From Malacoraja senta (taxonomy: Eukaryota): DNA of 64,000 nucleotides. A model generated the notes under the pieces. That model did not search any database. It was not told where the DNA came from and saw only the letters and a list, made by a program, of their open reading frames with translations. The stretch lies in assembly GCA_038087875.1 (NCBI GenBank), contig CM075986.1, forward strand, positions 20,026,001 through 20,090,000. The letters run 5' to 3'. Below are positions 38,058 to 49,116 of the stretch, one piece after another. Position numbers and translations under genes: made by a program. Within the stretch, counting starts at the first letter, position 1; the number at the start of each line of letters is the position of its first letter.

Positions 38058-39680
38058 TGTAATGGAAGTGTTGAAACTGGATTCTCAGCTGAAATGGAGT
38101 TACCTGTTTTTAGCGTACAATAAGCCAGCAGGATGGTTAAGAAAAAAACAAATAGGTGCTCGGTGAAACAGTATCACCCACATGAAGGAACTGGTAAATC
38201 ATGAGGTCTCGGATCCTGCAGCCTCAAGGACAAAATGTGGTAAGACAACAAGGCAGACCTTCAATCCCTGTGACATCCGAGATTTAGCTCGACTATAAAA
38301 CCCCTATTGATGGCCAGTTTCAGAAAATGTGGTTGACTGTTGTTTGTATATTTGAGTAGAAGCGAAGGGTTTATTGAGTAAAAAAGTGCAGGCTGCTCAT
38401 GGGGCTCCAACTGAGATGGGGATTGGTACCAAGACCATCGAACTCTCCAGGTCAGGCCATTGTTAAGGAGTCCCCAGTATGTAGCAATGTTACAAAATTT
38501 TGAGATTTTAAAAATAAAGTCTGCAATTTATCCCATCAGATAAAGCATAAAAGGAAGTTTAATTTGACACCTAATTCACTTTCATATCTTCAGTATTAAA
38601 GAAGTTATGGCCATTTTCATACTCGGAAATTAGCATCTTGTTCCATATTGCTTTTCCATTGACTTAACACAAAAGCTGTGATCGAGGACAGTCAAAAGCC
38701 CATAACTTTCATAAAAATTAAGATAACTGAAAGAAATTTTCAGTTATTATAGATTGAAGCATTCTGAAACAAATATGAAACAATCTCACTTAGAAGACAT
38801 GAAAGTAAAGCATATAATTAGTTAGTTACCTAATTGTAGCTAATTACAAAATTCAATTACTAGATCTAAACATCTATCAATTTCTTAAGAATAGATTAAC
38901 ATTTTTAAATAGCCTAAGTGTCCAAATAACATTCACACAATAATTCACAATATAACATAATTTTTAAATCTCATTTTCATGAATTTACAGGCCAAATGGA
39001 AGGAATTGAATGTTTAATACCTGTAAATGAATGGGGATTTAATTCATCTTGTGAGTGAGAATTTCTGGAACGCGATCTTTTGGAACGTTCATTTGCGGTG
39101 AATTTAACCCCGTATTGGCATGAAAAATTCTGCCGTTAATTCGGGGAATAAAATCACCGTGTCGCATGAAAAAATGTGAATTAAAGGCTTCTTAAGAAGC
39201 ACTTTTATACATTTAAAGGAAGCACTTTCGTTTACCTGTCCCGCGTGTGAAATCCGTCCCCGTTATCGGCGTTGACGCTTCAGGAGCTGCTTTTAAAATA
39301 ACTCTAGCGCTGACATTGACGATTTAATAAAAATAAAAAACACACAAATCGCCACTAGGAACGATTCTTCAGCCAGCGCTTGTACTCCAACAAAATATTA
39401 ACTAGGACAAGGAAGGAGAAACCCGCGTTTTAACCCCGCCCCCCCTTAAAGGCGCCAAAATCGCGCACACGGCCAGTGGCAGAATTACAGCGCGACTGAA
39501 GGTAAGTTTTGTAACATACCTACAGTATGTCACAGATAGGCGCGAGGCTCACTGTTTGGTTGTTTTGTTGCTATTACACTGTTTTAATAAATGTTTCATT
39601 TTTAATTTCATATTCTCTCTCTCCAAGTGTTCCCTCTCCATTATTGATCTGAATCCTTGAAACCGGCTTGTATCATTACA
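38058..39680 (+). mobile_element. Probable solo LTR (~575 bp net of the nested transposon)
   Basis: TGTAATG...CATTACA inverted termini, TATAAAA 38294-38300, AATAAA 39586-39591. No TSD found. Confidence 0.45.
38482..39522. mobile_element. Non-autonomous DNA transposon (hAT-like), ~1.04 kb
   Basis: 16-bp TIR TAGCAATGTTACAAAA / TTTTGTAACATACCTA (2 mismatches). TSD CAGTATG(T) at 38475-38481/2 and 39523-39529/30. No ORF. Confidence 0.78.
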
Positions 39681-41841
39681 TCCCACTGGATTTTGGGTCA
39701 TGTTGTCTACTTCTCATACAATAAATCATCACCTAATTCAAAATGTTTATATCAAAACCATGTTCCTTAATCACCTCAGTGGAATGTCTGTTGTGTATCG
39801 TGGGCCCAGATGTCTGGTGTGCATCGTGAAACCATAATCTTCTCACGCACAGAAGAAAGATTTACCATTTAATCTTCAGCAGTTTCTATGATGGATATGG
39901 CTTTCCAAGGGGGAATATTTAACATTAAGTGGTGTACCTTTCATCCTTTGCTTGAACAGAAGTAATTATGTAATTAACAAAGGAATGATTGGGTTAAATT
40001 GGTCTCCTGTAACATTCTCTGTCACCATGAGATCTGGCCCTTCAGCACACCTCACCAAGGTTGCCATCTCACAATGTACGATTGTGATAAAGCATCAAGA
40101 ATTGGCAGTAAAATGGAGACACAAGAGACTGCAGATGCTGGTATCTTGTGCAAAAGACAAACAGCTGGAGGAACTGGGCATGTCAGGCAGCGCAGATTTA
40201 TTTAGCCAGAGGTGGTGAATCTACGGAATTCCTTGTCATAGACGGCGGTGGAGGCCAAGTCAATGGATATTTTTAAAGTGGAGGATAATGGTTTAGTTTA
40301 GTTTAGTTTATTATTTTCACGTGTACTGAGGTAGAGTGAACAGGTTTCTTTGTTGTGTGCTATCCAGGATAAAGTGAATAACGTTTAGCGAAGATAAAGT
40401 TCAGTAAAGTCCGATTAAAGATTGTCCAAGGGTCTCCATTTAGATAAAGGTTGGTCAGGTGATAGGATGGTTCAGTTGCCTAATAACGGCTGGGAAGAAA
40501 CTGTCCTTGAATCTAGTTGATTAGTAGGGATGTCAAAGGTTACTGGGAGAAGGCAGGAGAATGGGGTTGAGAGGGCAAAACTGATCATTCATGATTGAAT
40601 GGGGAGCAGACTCAATGGGGCAAATGGCCTAATTCTTCTCCTATGACTTATGGTCTAATGATCTAAGGAAGAAAATGGACAGACGATGTTTCAGCTCGGG
40701 GACCTTTCGTCAGTCTGATTAACAAACATTTTGTGTCTGGACCCTTCTTCAGCCTAAAGGGTCCTGAACAAAATTGCCATTTGTCCATTTCCTTCCACAA
40801 ATGCTGCCTGACCGGCTGAGTTCTTCCAGCACTATACTTTCTGCTCAAGAATTGGCAGTGTTGCATAAACATCACTCTAGTTGTTTGAATCAAACAGTGG
40901 ACTTGAATAGACAGAAAAAACAATCTCACTTTTCTGCTCTTTTTCTGCTCCCTTTTAATATCTTTCTGCCTCATGTATTTAGCTAATTCCCTTCTAAGTG
41001 TTGTGACTGAATTGATTTACAATGAACTTTGGTAATGCATTCTATATTCTAAGAATTATGTATGAATGGATTTCTTCTAATCTCCTCTTAATGCTTCTTA
41101 TACTAATCCTGAAGTTAAATATATGATTCACCAGTCACTGGTAATCATCTGTGCAATGTTTATTCTCACACAGCTGCTCAGAATTTTGGATGAATTTTGA
41201 GTTAATACAATCCAAGTTTTTCCAAAGTATATTATCTTTCGATAACCCCTGGGTATCTTGTGTTGAATTAAGATCTTGTGTCAAACTGAAGGGCCGCGAC
41301 CCGAAACGTCGCCCATTCCTTCTCTCCAGAGATGCTGAGTTACTCCAGCATTTTGTGTCTACCTTCGATTTAAACCAGCATCTGCAGTTCTTTCTTACAC
41401 ATAATACATTTATTAGTTGTTAAAGAAGGAACTGCAGATGCTGGAAAATCGAAGGTACACAAAAATGCTGGAGAAACTCAGCGGGTGCAGCAGCATCTAT
41501 GGAACGAAGGAAATAGTTAACGTTTCGGGCCGAAACCCTTCTTCAGTTGATTGGTGCTGTGATCAGCTGACATGAATGCAGAATTAACAGTACTCAGTAA
41601 TTGATTGATCGATTGAAAGATACAGCGTTGAAACAAGCTCTTCACCACCCCCCCCCACCCCCGAGTCCACGCTGTCCACTGATCACCTATTCACACTAGT
41701 TCTGTTATCCCACATTCTCATCCACTCCCTGCACACTATTTCACAGAGGCCAATTAGCCTTCAAACCCGCATGTCTTTGGGATGTAGGAGGAAACCAGAG
41801 CACCTGGAGGAAACGCATTCGGTCACAGGGAGAACATGCAA

Positions 41842-42405
41842 ATGGCCTCCCCTTGATTCTTAGACTGTGGCCCCTGGTTCTGGACTCCCCCAACATTGGG
41901 AACATTTTTCCTGCATCTAGCTTGTCCAGTTTATAATTGTATTTAATAAATACATTTAGTAAATAAATTATATAAATAAATTTATAACTATACATTTCTA
42001 TAAGATAGCCTCTCATCCTTCTAAATTCCAGTGAATACAAGCCCAGTCTTTCCAATCTTTCCTCATATGACAGTCCCGCCATCCCAGGATTAACCTCGTG
42101 AACCTACGCTGCACTGCCTCAATAGCAAGGATGTCCTTCCTCAAATTAGGAGACCAAAACTGCACACAATACTCCAGATGTTGTCTCACCAGGGCCCTGT
42201 ACAACTGCAGAAGGACCTCTTTACTCCTATACACAGATCCGCTCGTTATGAAGGCCAACATGCCATTAGCTTTCTTCACTGCCTGCTGTACCTGCATGTT
42301 TACTTTCAGTGACTGGTGTACAAGGATACCCAGGTCTCGTTGCACTTCCCTTTTTCCCAATCTGACACCATTGAGATAATAATCTGCCTCCTTGTTCGTG
42401 CCGCC
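41842..42405 (-). mobile_element. CR1 RT C-terminal fragment
   Basis: Minus-strand ORFs 42013-42435 and 41741-42082 match CR1 ORF2 (LYRALVRQHLEYCVQFWSP). Confidence 0.88.
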
Positions 42406-42521
42406 ATGATGTTCAAATGTGTCTAACATTAGCATGTTTTGATACTTATAAAGAAAGGGTCATTTTTGAAATTCCAATCTGCTTGGAACATTTTAAAACC
42501 TCTTGTCATTCTGCTTTGCAG

Positions 42522-43117
42522 GAATGACGTGTCAAGCAAGGACATCGTACACGGAAGACGAAGTTCTTTGGGGCCATAGATTCCTTCCGGTCATGTCCTT
42601 GGAAGAAGGCTTTTTCCGTGTGGACTATTCCCAGTTCCATTCCACTTTCGAGGTCCCCACTTCTCCGTACAGCATAAAGGAACAAGAGGAGAAGCTTTCT
42701 CTGACATCGCTCAGCGCCACCCCTTCCATCGGCAACAGCAGGAACAGGAAGGAGCGAATCTTCTCCCTGGATTGCATCAGTAGCCTGGAGGAAAAGAGCA
42801 GCAGACTGCCAGCCAAGCTGCAGAAAATGAGTTCCTGCAAGGAAGAGATGCAGATGAAGATCCTGAGAATGACTGCGGATATAGGAGAGAAAACATGCAG
42901 CACCGGTGATCTCCCTCTGAAAGTGCAGAGGATAAGTTCAATTGCCGACAATGCTGGTGTTGAGGAAAGACTCCCTCTGAAGGCCTTCAATGCCAATTCC
43001 GAATCCATCACTCAATCAACGGGAGATCTGCCACTTGCCCTACAACCTGCAGGGTCATGGGTGGAGGGCAATTTACCTGCCAAGCTGAGAAAAATGAATT
43101 CTGATCGTCTCATTTAG
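42522..43117 (+). CDS. KCNJ3: KCNJ3/GIRK1-like channel, last coding exon (exon 3) to stop
   Basis: Acceptor ctttgcag| (AG 42520-42521). G+GA completes the Gly codon split from exon 2, then [20 protein letters not shown]...[17 protein letters not shown], the GIRK1-type long C-terminus. TAG at 43115-43117. Confidence 0.93.
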
Positions 43118-44400
43118 AAGCAGACAATGGAAAAATACACAATCTTTCTCGGAGGTGATCTGTAAAACCTCAGAGGTTTAAGACTCACATTGAAATGGAT
43201 TGAGGATTTAAATACACCTAGTTAATGTTGGCTTGCAAAATCACGTGACTACAATGTTTTAACTTGAAGGACAATATGAAATTATGTGTTGTATATGCTT
43301 CATAGTCAGAATACTAAGTTAGCCTAAAGTAAGGATAAATATGAAAGAGGAATGTGTTGTTTTTCTAGAGCAGCCAAATTGAGTTATATTGAGCCAAGTT
43401 TACTTTGGGTTAAAGTCTTGAGTAAAACTAATTTGTGGAGCTCTTCTTGTGGATTGAGTGATAACCTTTAATCAACTATCCTCAGTCTGAGTCACACTGG
43501 TGAGCAGAGCCCTAAGATTGATATCTAACTTGTGCCAAGTTAACCTATCTCAATTGCGTGAAATTGGAAGTTTAAAACTGATTTTAACATCCTCTGGCTA
43601 AGGAAGAAAAAATCAGCCATGATCTTCACTTCCAATTGAGGTCTCTTGTTTTTAATGTAGTGTTCTCACTATTGACTAGGTTCAACGGCATTAGTGAACT
43701 GAGGTAAAATGAAAAGATTTTTTAAACCGCCACATTACTGCAGCAATTGCACCATGTCAAACCATCTCCACATTGTGTCCGACCCAAAGCTATACTTTTT
43801 CTTAGTTGGTCAAGGAAATGAAGCTTTATCAAAACAAATAGGTAAGCAAACATTTGAATTTCATACTGAAAATAACGGAAACACTGGCACTTGTTCAGTC
43901 ATCATTGTTCGTGTTCGAACGATTAGGATACTTGCCTGTGTTTGGCCCATATCCCTCTAAACCTGGCCTATCCATGTACCTGTCTAAATGTTTCTTCAAC
44001 GCTGCTATAGTACCTGCCTCAACTACCTCCTCCGGCAGCACGTTCCATACACCCACCATCCTTTGTGCGAAAAAGTTACCCTTCAGATTCCTATTAATTC
44101 TTTCCCCCCCTCGCCTTATACCTATGTCCTCTAGTACTCGATTCCCCCACTATGGGCACGAGACTCTGTGCGTCTGCCCGATCTACTGCTCTTTGACAAG
44201 AATGCCAAGTTCTCAGAGGGAGTGCTGAGCAGATTTATTACAATGGTGTCAAGAATAAAAGAAAGATTTCAACATTTAGAGGAAACTAAAAGAGTTTGGA
44301 ACAATTTGAAGTTTTCAAAACCTTGAAGCTTTCATGAAGATTGGCACTGGACTAAACAAGAAGAAACCTGCCACTCGTGTAATGCTTGATAAATAAAGGA
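43118..44400 (+). other. Probable 3' UTR of the KCNJ3-like gene (end uncertain)
   Basis: Mostly non-repetitive AT-rich sequence after the stop. Candidate AATAAA at 44254-44259 and near 44392. No transcript evidence. Confidence 0.4.
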
Positions 44401-44719
44401 TGCAACTTCATAGTAAATAGCAATGAACCAGAAGGGCAACTTGATTTTAAAGGTAATGAATTCTTACCACCTGGAATACAATTGTAGAAAAAGCTGTAGA
44501 GACTGATTTAATAATAATTTTGAAAAGGGATTTGAAGCAACAGCAGGAGTTTGGGGTTGCGATGGAGTTGATGAAACATAGACAAATAGAAACATAGAAA
44601 ATAGGTGCAGGACTAGGCCATTCAACCATTTGAGCCAGCACCGCCATTCAATATGATCAGGGCTAATCATCTAATATCAGTACCCCATTCCTGTTTTTTT
44701 CCATATAATTGATTCCTTA

Positions 44720-45197
44720 AAGGGCCTGTCCCACGGGCATGCAACTCCATGCGGCAAGCGCAACCTAACCGCAAGCGGGGGCCGTGCGGGTCCCGCGCGG
44801 AGGGCGCGGGGCTGGTCCCACTTCGATCGCGGGAGCCGCATGGAGTTGTGCGGAGCTGGTCCCGACATCGCGCAGGGCTCCGAAAAACTGACACTGTTCA
44901 AAAATTCCGTGCGGCAAAGGCCTGCCGCCCCGCAGCCGCATCGACTGCTGTGCGCACCCCCTCGACGCCGGACGCAGCCGCATCGAGGCCGTGCGCACCG
45001 CCTCGCCGCCGTACGCACCGTCTTGACGGCACTCGACCTCCGCGCGGCCCCCGCTTCCAGTTTGGTAGCGCTTGCCGCATGCAGCCGCATGCTGGTGGGA
45101 CCGGACCTGTGCGGGGATCACTCGACCTCCACGCGGCCCCCGCTTGCGGTTAGGTCGCGCTTGCCGCATGGAGTCGCATGCCCGTGGGACAGGTCCT
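44720..45197. mobile_element. PIF/Harbinger-like MITE, subfamily C (GC/CpG-rich, long TIRs)
   Basis: ~65-bp TIRs starting AGGGCCTGTCCCACGGGCATGC. TTA TSD (44717-44719 / 45198-45200). Sits in a minus-strand CR1 tail. Confidence 0.85.
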
Positions 45198-45210
45198 TTA
45201 GCCCTAAGAG

Positions 45211-45336
45211 GATCACTGGGATCTGTTTTGGGGTAAGGGGGAACTGTACAAAAGGGACGGATTGCATCTTAACAGGTGTGGGACCAGCATTCTGGCAGGC
45301 AGGTTTGCCACTGCTACACGGGTGGTTTTAAACTGA
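45211..45336 (+). pseudogene. C-terminal remnant of CR1 ORF1 (SGNH/GDSL esterase-like)
   Basis: Hand translation DHWDLFWGKGELYKRDGLHLNRCGTSILAGRFATATRVVLN*. DGLHLN is the esterase block typical of CR1 ORF1. TGA at 45334-45336. Confidence 0.85.
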
Positions 45337-48300
45337 ATAAGGGGGGTGGGGTGTCGAATGGGATAGTGGAGGATGGAGTTAAAGGGAAAGGGTTTCTTAA
45401 ATGTGTGAGCGTAGAGACAGAGGAGTGTAAAATGAGGGTAGAAGATATAGGTAGCAAGGTGAAAAGTAAAAGTGCAAGACAGACAAAACCAGGGCAAAAA
45501 TCAAAAAGGGCCACTTTTCAACATAATTGTATAAGGGGTAAGAGTGTTGTAAAAACAAGCCTGAAGGCTTTGTGTCTCAATGCAAGGAGCATTCGTAATA
45601 AGGTGGATGAGTTGAATGTGCAGATAGCTATTAATGACTATGATATAGTTGGGATCACGGAGACGTGGCTCCAGGGTGACCAAGGCTGGGAGCTGAACAT
45701 CCAGGGATATTCAATATTCAGGAGGGATAGAGAGAAAGGAAAAGGAGGTGGGGTAGCATTGATGATTAGAGAGGAGATTAACGCAATGGAAAGGAAGGAC
45801 ATTAGGTTCGAGGATGTGGAATCGGTATGGGTAGAGCTGCGAAACACTAAGGGGCAGAAAACGCTGGTGGGTGTTGTGTACAGGCCACCTAACAGTAGTA
45901 GTGAAGTTGGAGATGGTATCAAACAGGAAATTAGAAATGCGTGCGACAAAGGCAAAACAGTTATAATGGGTGACTTCAATCTACATATAGATTGGGTGAA
46001 TCAAATTGGCAGGGGTGCTGAGGAAGAGGATTTCTTGGAATGTATGCGGGACAGTTATCTAAATCAACATGTAGAGGAACCAACGAGAGAGCAGGCTATT
46101 TTAGACTGGGTATTGAGTAATGAGGAAGGGTTAGTTAGCAGTCTTGTTGTACGTGCCCCCTTGGGCAAGAGTGACCATAATATGGTTGAGTTCTTCATTA
46201 GGATGGAGAGTGACATTGTTAATTCAGAAACAATGGTTCTGAACTTAAAGAAAGTTAACTTTGAGGGTATGAGACGTGAATTGGCCATGATTGACTGGCA
46301 ATTAATTCTAAAAGGGTTGACGGTGGACATGCAATGGAAGACATTTAAAGACTGCATGGATGAACTACAAAAATTGTTCATCCCAGTTTGGCAAAAGAAT
46401 AAATCAGGGAAGGTAGTGCATCCGTGGATAACAAGGGAAATCAGGGATGGTATCAAAGCGAAAGATGATGCGTACAAATTAGCCAGAAAAAGCAGCATAC
46501 CAGAGGACTGGGAGAAATTCAGAGACCAGCAGAGGAGGACAAAGGGCTTAATTAGGAAAGGAAAAATAGATTATGAAAGAAAACTGGCAGGGAACATAAA
46601 AACTGACTGCAAAAGTTTTTATAAATATGTAAAAAGAAAGAGATTAGTTAAAACAAATGTAGGTCCCTTGCAGTCAGAAACAGGTGAGTTGATCATGGGG
46701 AACAAGGATATGGCGGACCAATTGAATAACTACTTTGGTTCCGTCTTCACTAAGGAAGACATAAATAATCTGCCGGAAATAGCAGGGGACCGCGGGTCAA
46801 AGGAGTTGGAGGAATTGAGTGAAATCCAGGTTAGTCGGGAAGTGGTTTTGGGTAAATTGAATGGATTAAAGGCCGATAAATCCCCAGGGCCAGATAGGCT
46901 GCATCCCAGAGTACTTAAGGAAGTAGCTCCAGAAATAGTGGATGCATTAGTAATAATCTTTCAAAATTCTTTAGATTCTGGAGTAGTTACTGAGGATTGG
47001 CGGGTAGCAAACGTAACCCCACTTTTTAAGAAGGGAGGGAGAGAGAAAATGGGGAATTACAGACCAGTTAGTCTAACATCGGTAGTGGGGAAACTGCTAG
47101 AGTCAGTTATTAAAGATGGGATAGCAGCACATTTGGAAAGTGGTGAAATCATTGGACAAAGTCAGCATGGATTTACGAAAGGTAAATCGTGTCTGACGAA
47201 TCTTATAGAATTTTTCGAGGATGTAACTAGTAGCGTGGATAGGGGAGAACCAGTGGATGTGGTGTATCTGGACTTCCAGAAGGCTTTCGACAAGGTCCCA
47301 CATAAGAGATTAGTATACAAACTTAAAGCACATGGCATTGGGGGTTCAGTATTGATGTGGATAGAGAACTGGCTGGCAAACAGGAAGCAAAGAGTAGGAG
47401 TAAACGGGTCCTTTTCACAATGGCAGGCAGTGACTAGTGGGGTACCGCAAGGCTCAGTGCTGGGACCCCAGCTATTTACAATATATATTAATGACCTGGA
47501 TGAGGGAATTGAAGGCAATATCTCCAAGTTTGCGGATGACACTAAGCTGGGGGGCAGTGTTAACTGTGAGGAGGATGCTAGGAGACTGCAAGGTGACTTG
47601 GATAGGCTGGGTGAGTGGGCAAATGTTTGGCAGATGCAGTATAATGTGGATAAATGTGAGGTTATCCATTTTGGTGGCAAAAACAGGAAAGCAGACTATT
47701 TTCTAAATGGTGGCCGACTAGGAAAAGGGGAGATGCAGCGAGACCTGGGTGTCATGGTACACCAGTCATTGAAAGTAGGCATGCAGGTGCAGCAGGCAGT
47801 GAAGAAAGCGAATGGTATGTTAGCTTTCATAGCAAAAGGATTTGAGTATAGGAGCAGGGAGGTTCTACTGCAGTTGTACAGGGTCTTGGTGAGACCACAC
47901 CTGGAGTATTGCGTACAGTTTTGGTCTCCAAATCTGAGGAAGGACATTATTGCCATAGAGGGAGTGCAGAGAAGGTTCACCAGACTGATTCCTGGGATGT
48001 CAGGACTGTCTTATGAAGAAAGACTGGATAGACTTGGTTTATACTCTCTAGAATTTAGGAGATTGAGAGGGGATCTTATAGAAACTTACAAAATTCTTAA
48101 GGGGTTGGACAGGCTAGATGCAGGAAGATTGCTCCCGATGTTGGGGAAGTCCAGGACAAGGGGTCACAGCTTGAGGATAAGGGGGAAATCCTTTAAAACC
48201 GAGATGAGAAGAACTTTTTTCACACAGAGAGTGGTGAATCTCTGGAACTCTCTGCCACAGAGGGTAGTCGAGGCCAGTTCATTGGCTATATTTAAGAGGG

Positions 48301-48368
48301 AGTTAGATGTGGCCCTTGTGGCTAAAGGGATCAGAGGGTATGGAGAGAAGGCAGGTACGGGACACTGA
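45276..48368 (+). CDS. CR1 ORF2: APE endonuclease + reverse transcriptase, uninterrupted
   Basis: 1030-codon open frame with APE motifs (NARS, ITETW, GDFN, SDH) and RT motifs (QHGF, LDFQKAFD, GVPQGSVLGP, FADD). First in-frame ATG at 45432. Confidence 0.95.
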   Translation: MWDQHSGRQVCHCYTGGFKLNKGGGVSNGIVEDGVKGKGFLKCVSVETEECKMRVEDIGSKVKSKSARQTKPGQKSKRATFQHNCIRGKSVVKTSLKALCLNARSIRNKVDELNVQIAINDYDIVGITETWLQGDQGWELNIQGYSIFRRDREKGKGGGVALMIREEINAMERKDIRFEDVESVWVELRNTKGQKTLVGVVYRPPNSSSEVGDGIKQEIRNACDKGKTVIMGDFNLHIDWVNQIGRGAEEEDFLECMRDSYLNQHVEEPTREQAILDWVLSNEEGLVSSLVVRAPLGKSDHNMVEFFIRMESDIVNSETMVLNLKKVNFEGMRRELAMIDWQLILKGLTVDMQWKTFKDCMDELQKLFIPVWQKNKSGKVVHPWITREIRDGIKAKDDAYKLARKSSIPEDWEKFRDQQRRTKGLIRKGKIDYERKLAGNIKTDCKSFYKYVKRKRLVKTNVGPLQSETGELIMGNKDMADQLNNYFGSVFTKEDINNLPEIAGDRGSKELEELSEIQVSREVVLGKLNGLKADKSPGPDRLHPRVLKEVAPEIVDALVIIFQNSLDSGVVTEDWRVANVTPLFKKGGREKMGNYRPVSLTSVVGKLLESVIKDGIAAHLESGEIIGQSQHGFTKGKSCLTNLIEFFEDVTSSVDRGEPVDVVYLDFQKAFDKVPHKRLVYKLKAHGIGGSVLMWIENWLANRKQRVGVNGSFSQWQAVTSGVPQGSVLGPQLFTIYINDLDEGIEGNISKFADDTKLGGSVNCEEDARRLQGDLDRLGEWANVWQMQYNVDKCEVIHFGGKNRKADYFLNGGRLGKGEMQRDLGVMVHQSLKVGMQVQQAVKKANGMLAFIAKGFEYRSREVLLQLYRVLVRPHLEYCVQFWSPNLRKDIIAIEGVQRRFTRLIPGMSGLSYEERLDRLGLYSLEFRRLRGDLIETYKILKGLDRLDAGRLLPMLGKSRTRGHSLRIRGKSFKTEMRRTFFTQRVVNLWNSLPQRVVEASSLAIFKRELDVALVAKGIRGYGEKAGTGH

Positions 48369-48877
48369 GTTGGATGATCAGCCATGATCATATTGAATGG
48401 CGGTGCAGGCTCGAAGGGCCGAATGGCCTACTCCTGCACCTAATTTCTATGTTTCTATGTTTCTAAGAGCTAAATCTAACGCTCTCATGAAAACTTCAAC
48501 TAATTTGGTTGCAATGAGGTTGATGAGGTTGCAATGCAATAAATGAGTCGTATGGCACAAGGGTGACAAGTGACCAGATAAGTGTTAGCTCTGCTGCGGC
48601 AAGAGCAAGTAACAGGTCTGCATTGCGTTCAGCGTTCAGGGTAGACAAGTTAACAACTCTCAGTCAGCTCCAGTGATCTGTGACCGATCACCATAGGTGA
48701 GAATATTCGAGACTAAATATATTTTTAAAGATCTTAGCTGAAAATTAAAAAAAAAATCTTGCAGTTACACAGTGTAATTTGAATCAAGACACGATGATCT
48801 GTTTATGCTGGAATCTTGAGCAACAAACAAAGTGCTAGAGGAACTCGGCAGGTCAGGCAGCATCTGTGGAGGGATTG

Positions 48878-49116
48878 TGTAGGAAGGAATTGCAGATGCT
48901 GGTTTAAACCGAAGATAGACACAAAAAGCTGGAGTAACTCAGCGGGACAGGCAGCATCTCTGGAGAGAAGGAATGGGTGATGTTTCGCGTCGAGACCCTT
49001 CTTCAGACTGGCCGAAGAAAACTAGTCTGAAGAAGGGTCTCAACCCGAAACGTCACCCATTCCTTCTCTCCAGAGATGCTGCCTGTCCCGCTGAGTTACT
49101 CCAGCTTTTTGTGTCT
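48878..49116. mobile_element. Palindromic Penelope-tail unit nested in an older one
   Basis: Inverted tails. 16-bp TSD ATCTGTGGAGGGATTG (48862-48877 / 49117-49132). Confidence 0.82.

Larger units (their letters stand above)
19800..42521 (+). other. GT-AG intron (~22.7 kb) of the KCNJ3-like gene
   Basis: Canonical donor and acceptor with compatible phase 1 between the two coding exons. Confidence 0.88.
45211..48462 (+). mobile_element. Young 5'-truncated CR1-clade (HER1-like) LINE
   Basis: End of ORF1, complete ORF2, CR1 3' UTR with (TTCTATGT)n tail. 7-bp duplication CTAAGAG at 45204-45210 and 48463-48469. Confidence 0.95.

Noticed and set aside
44667-45331. Cluster of 130-160-aa ORFs on both strands
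   Set aside because: They lie in a GC-rich palindromic MITE and have no protein motifs.
47162-47680. 172-aa antisense ORF within CR1
   Set aside because: Typical shadow ORF opposite an RT frame, with no independent support.
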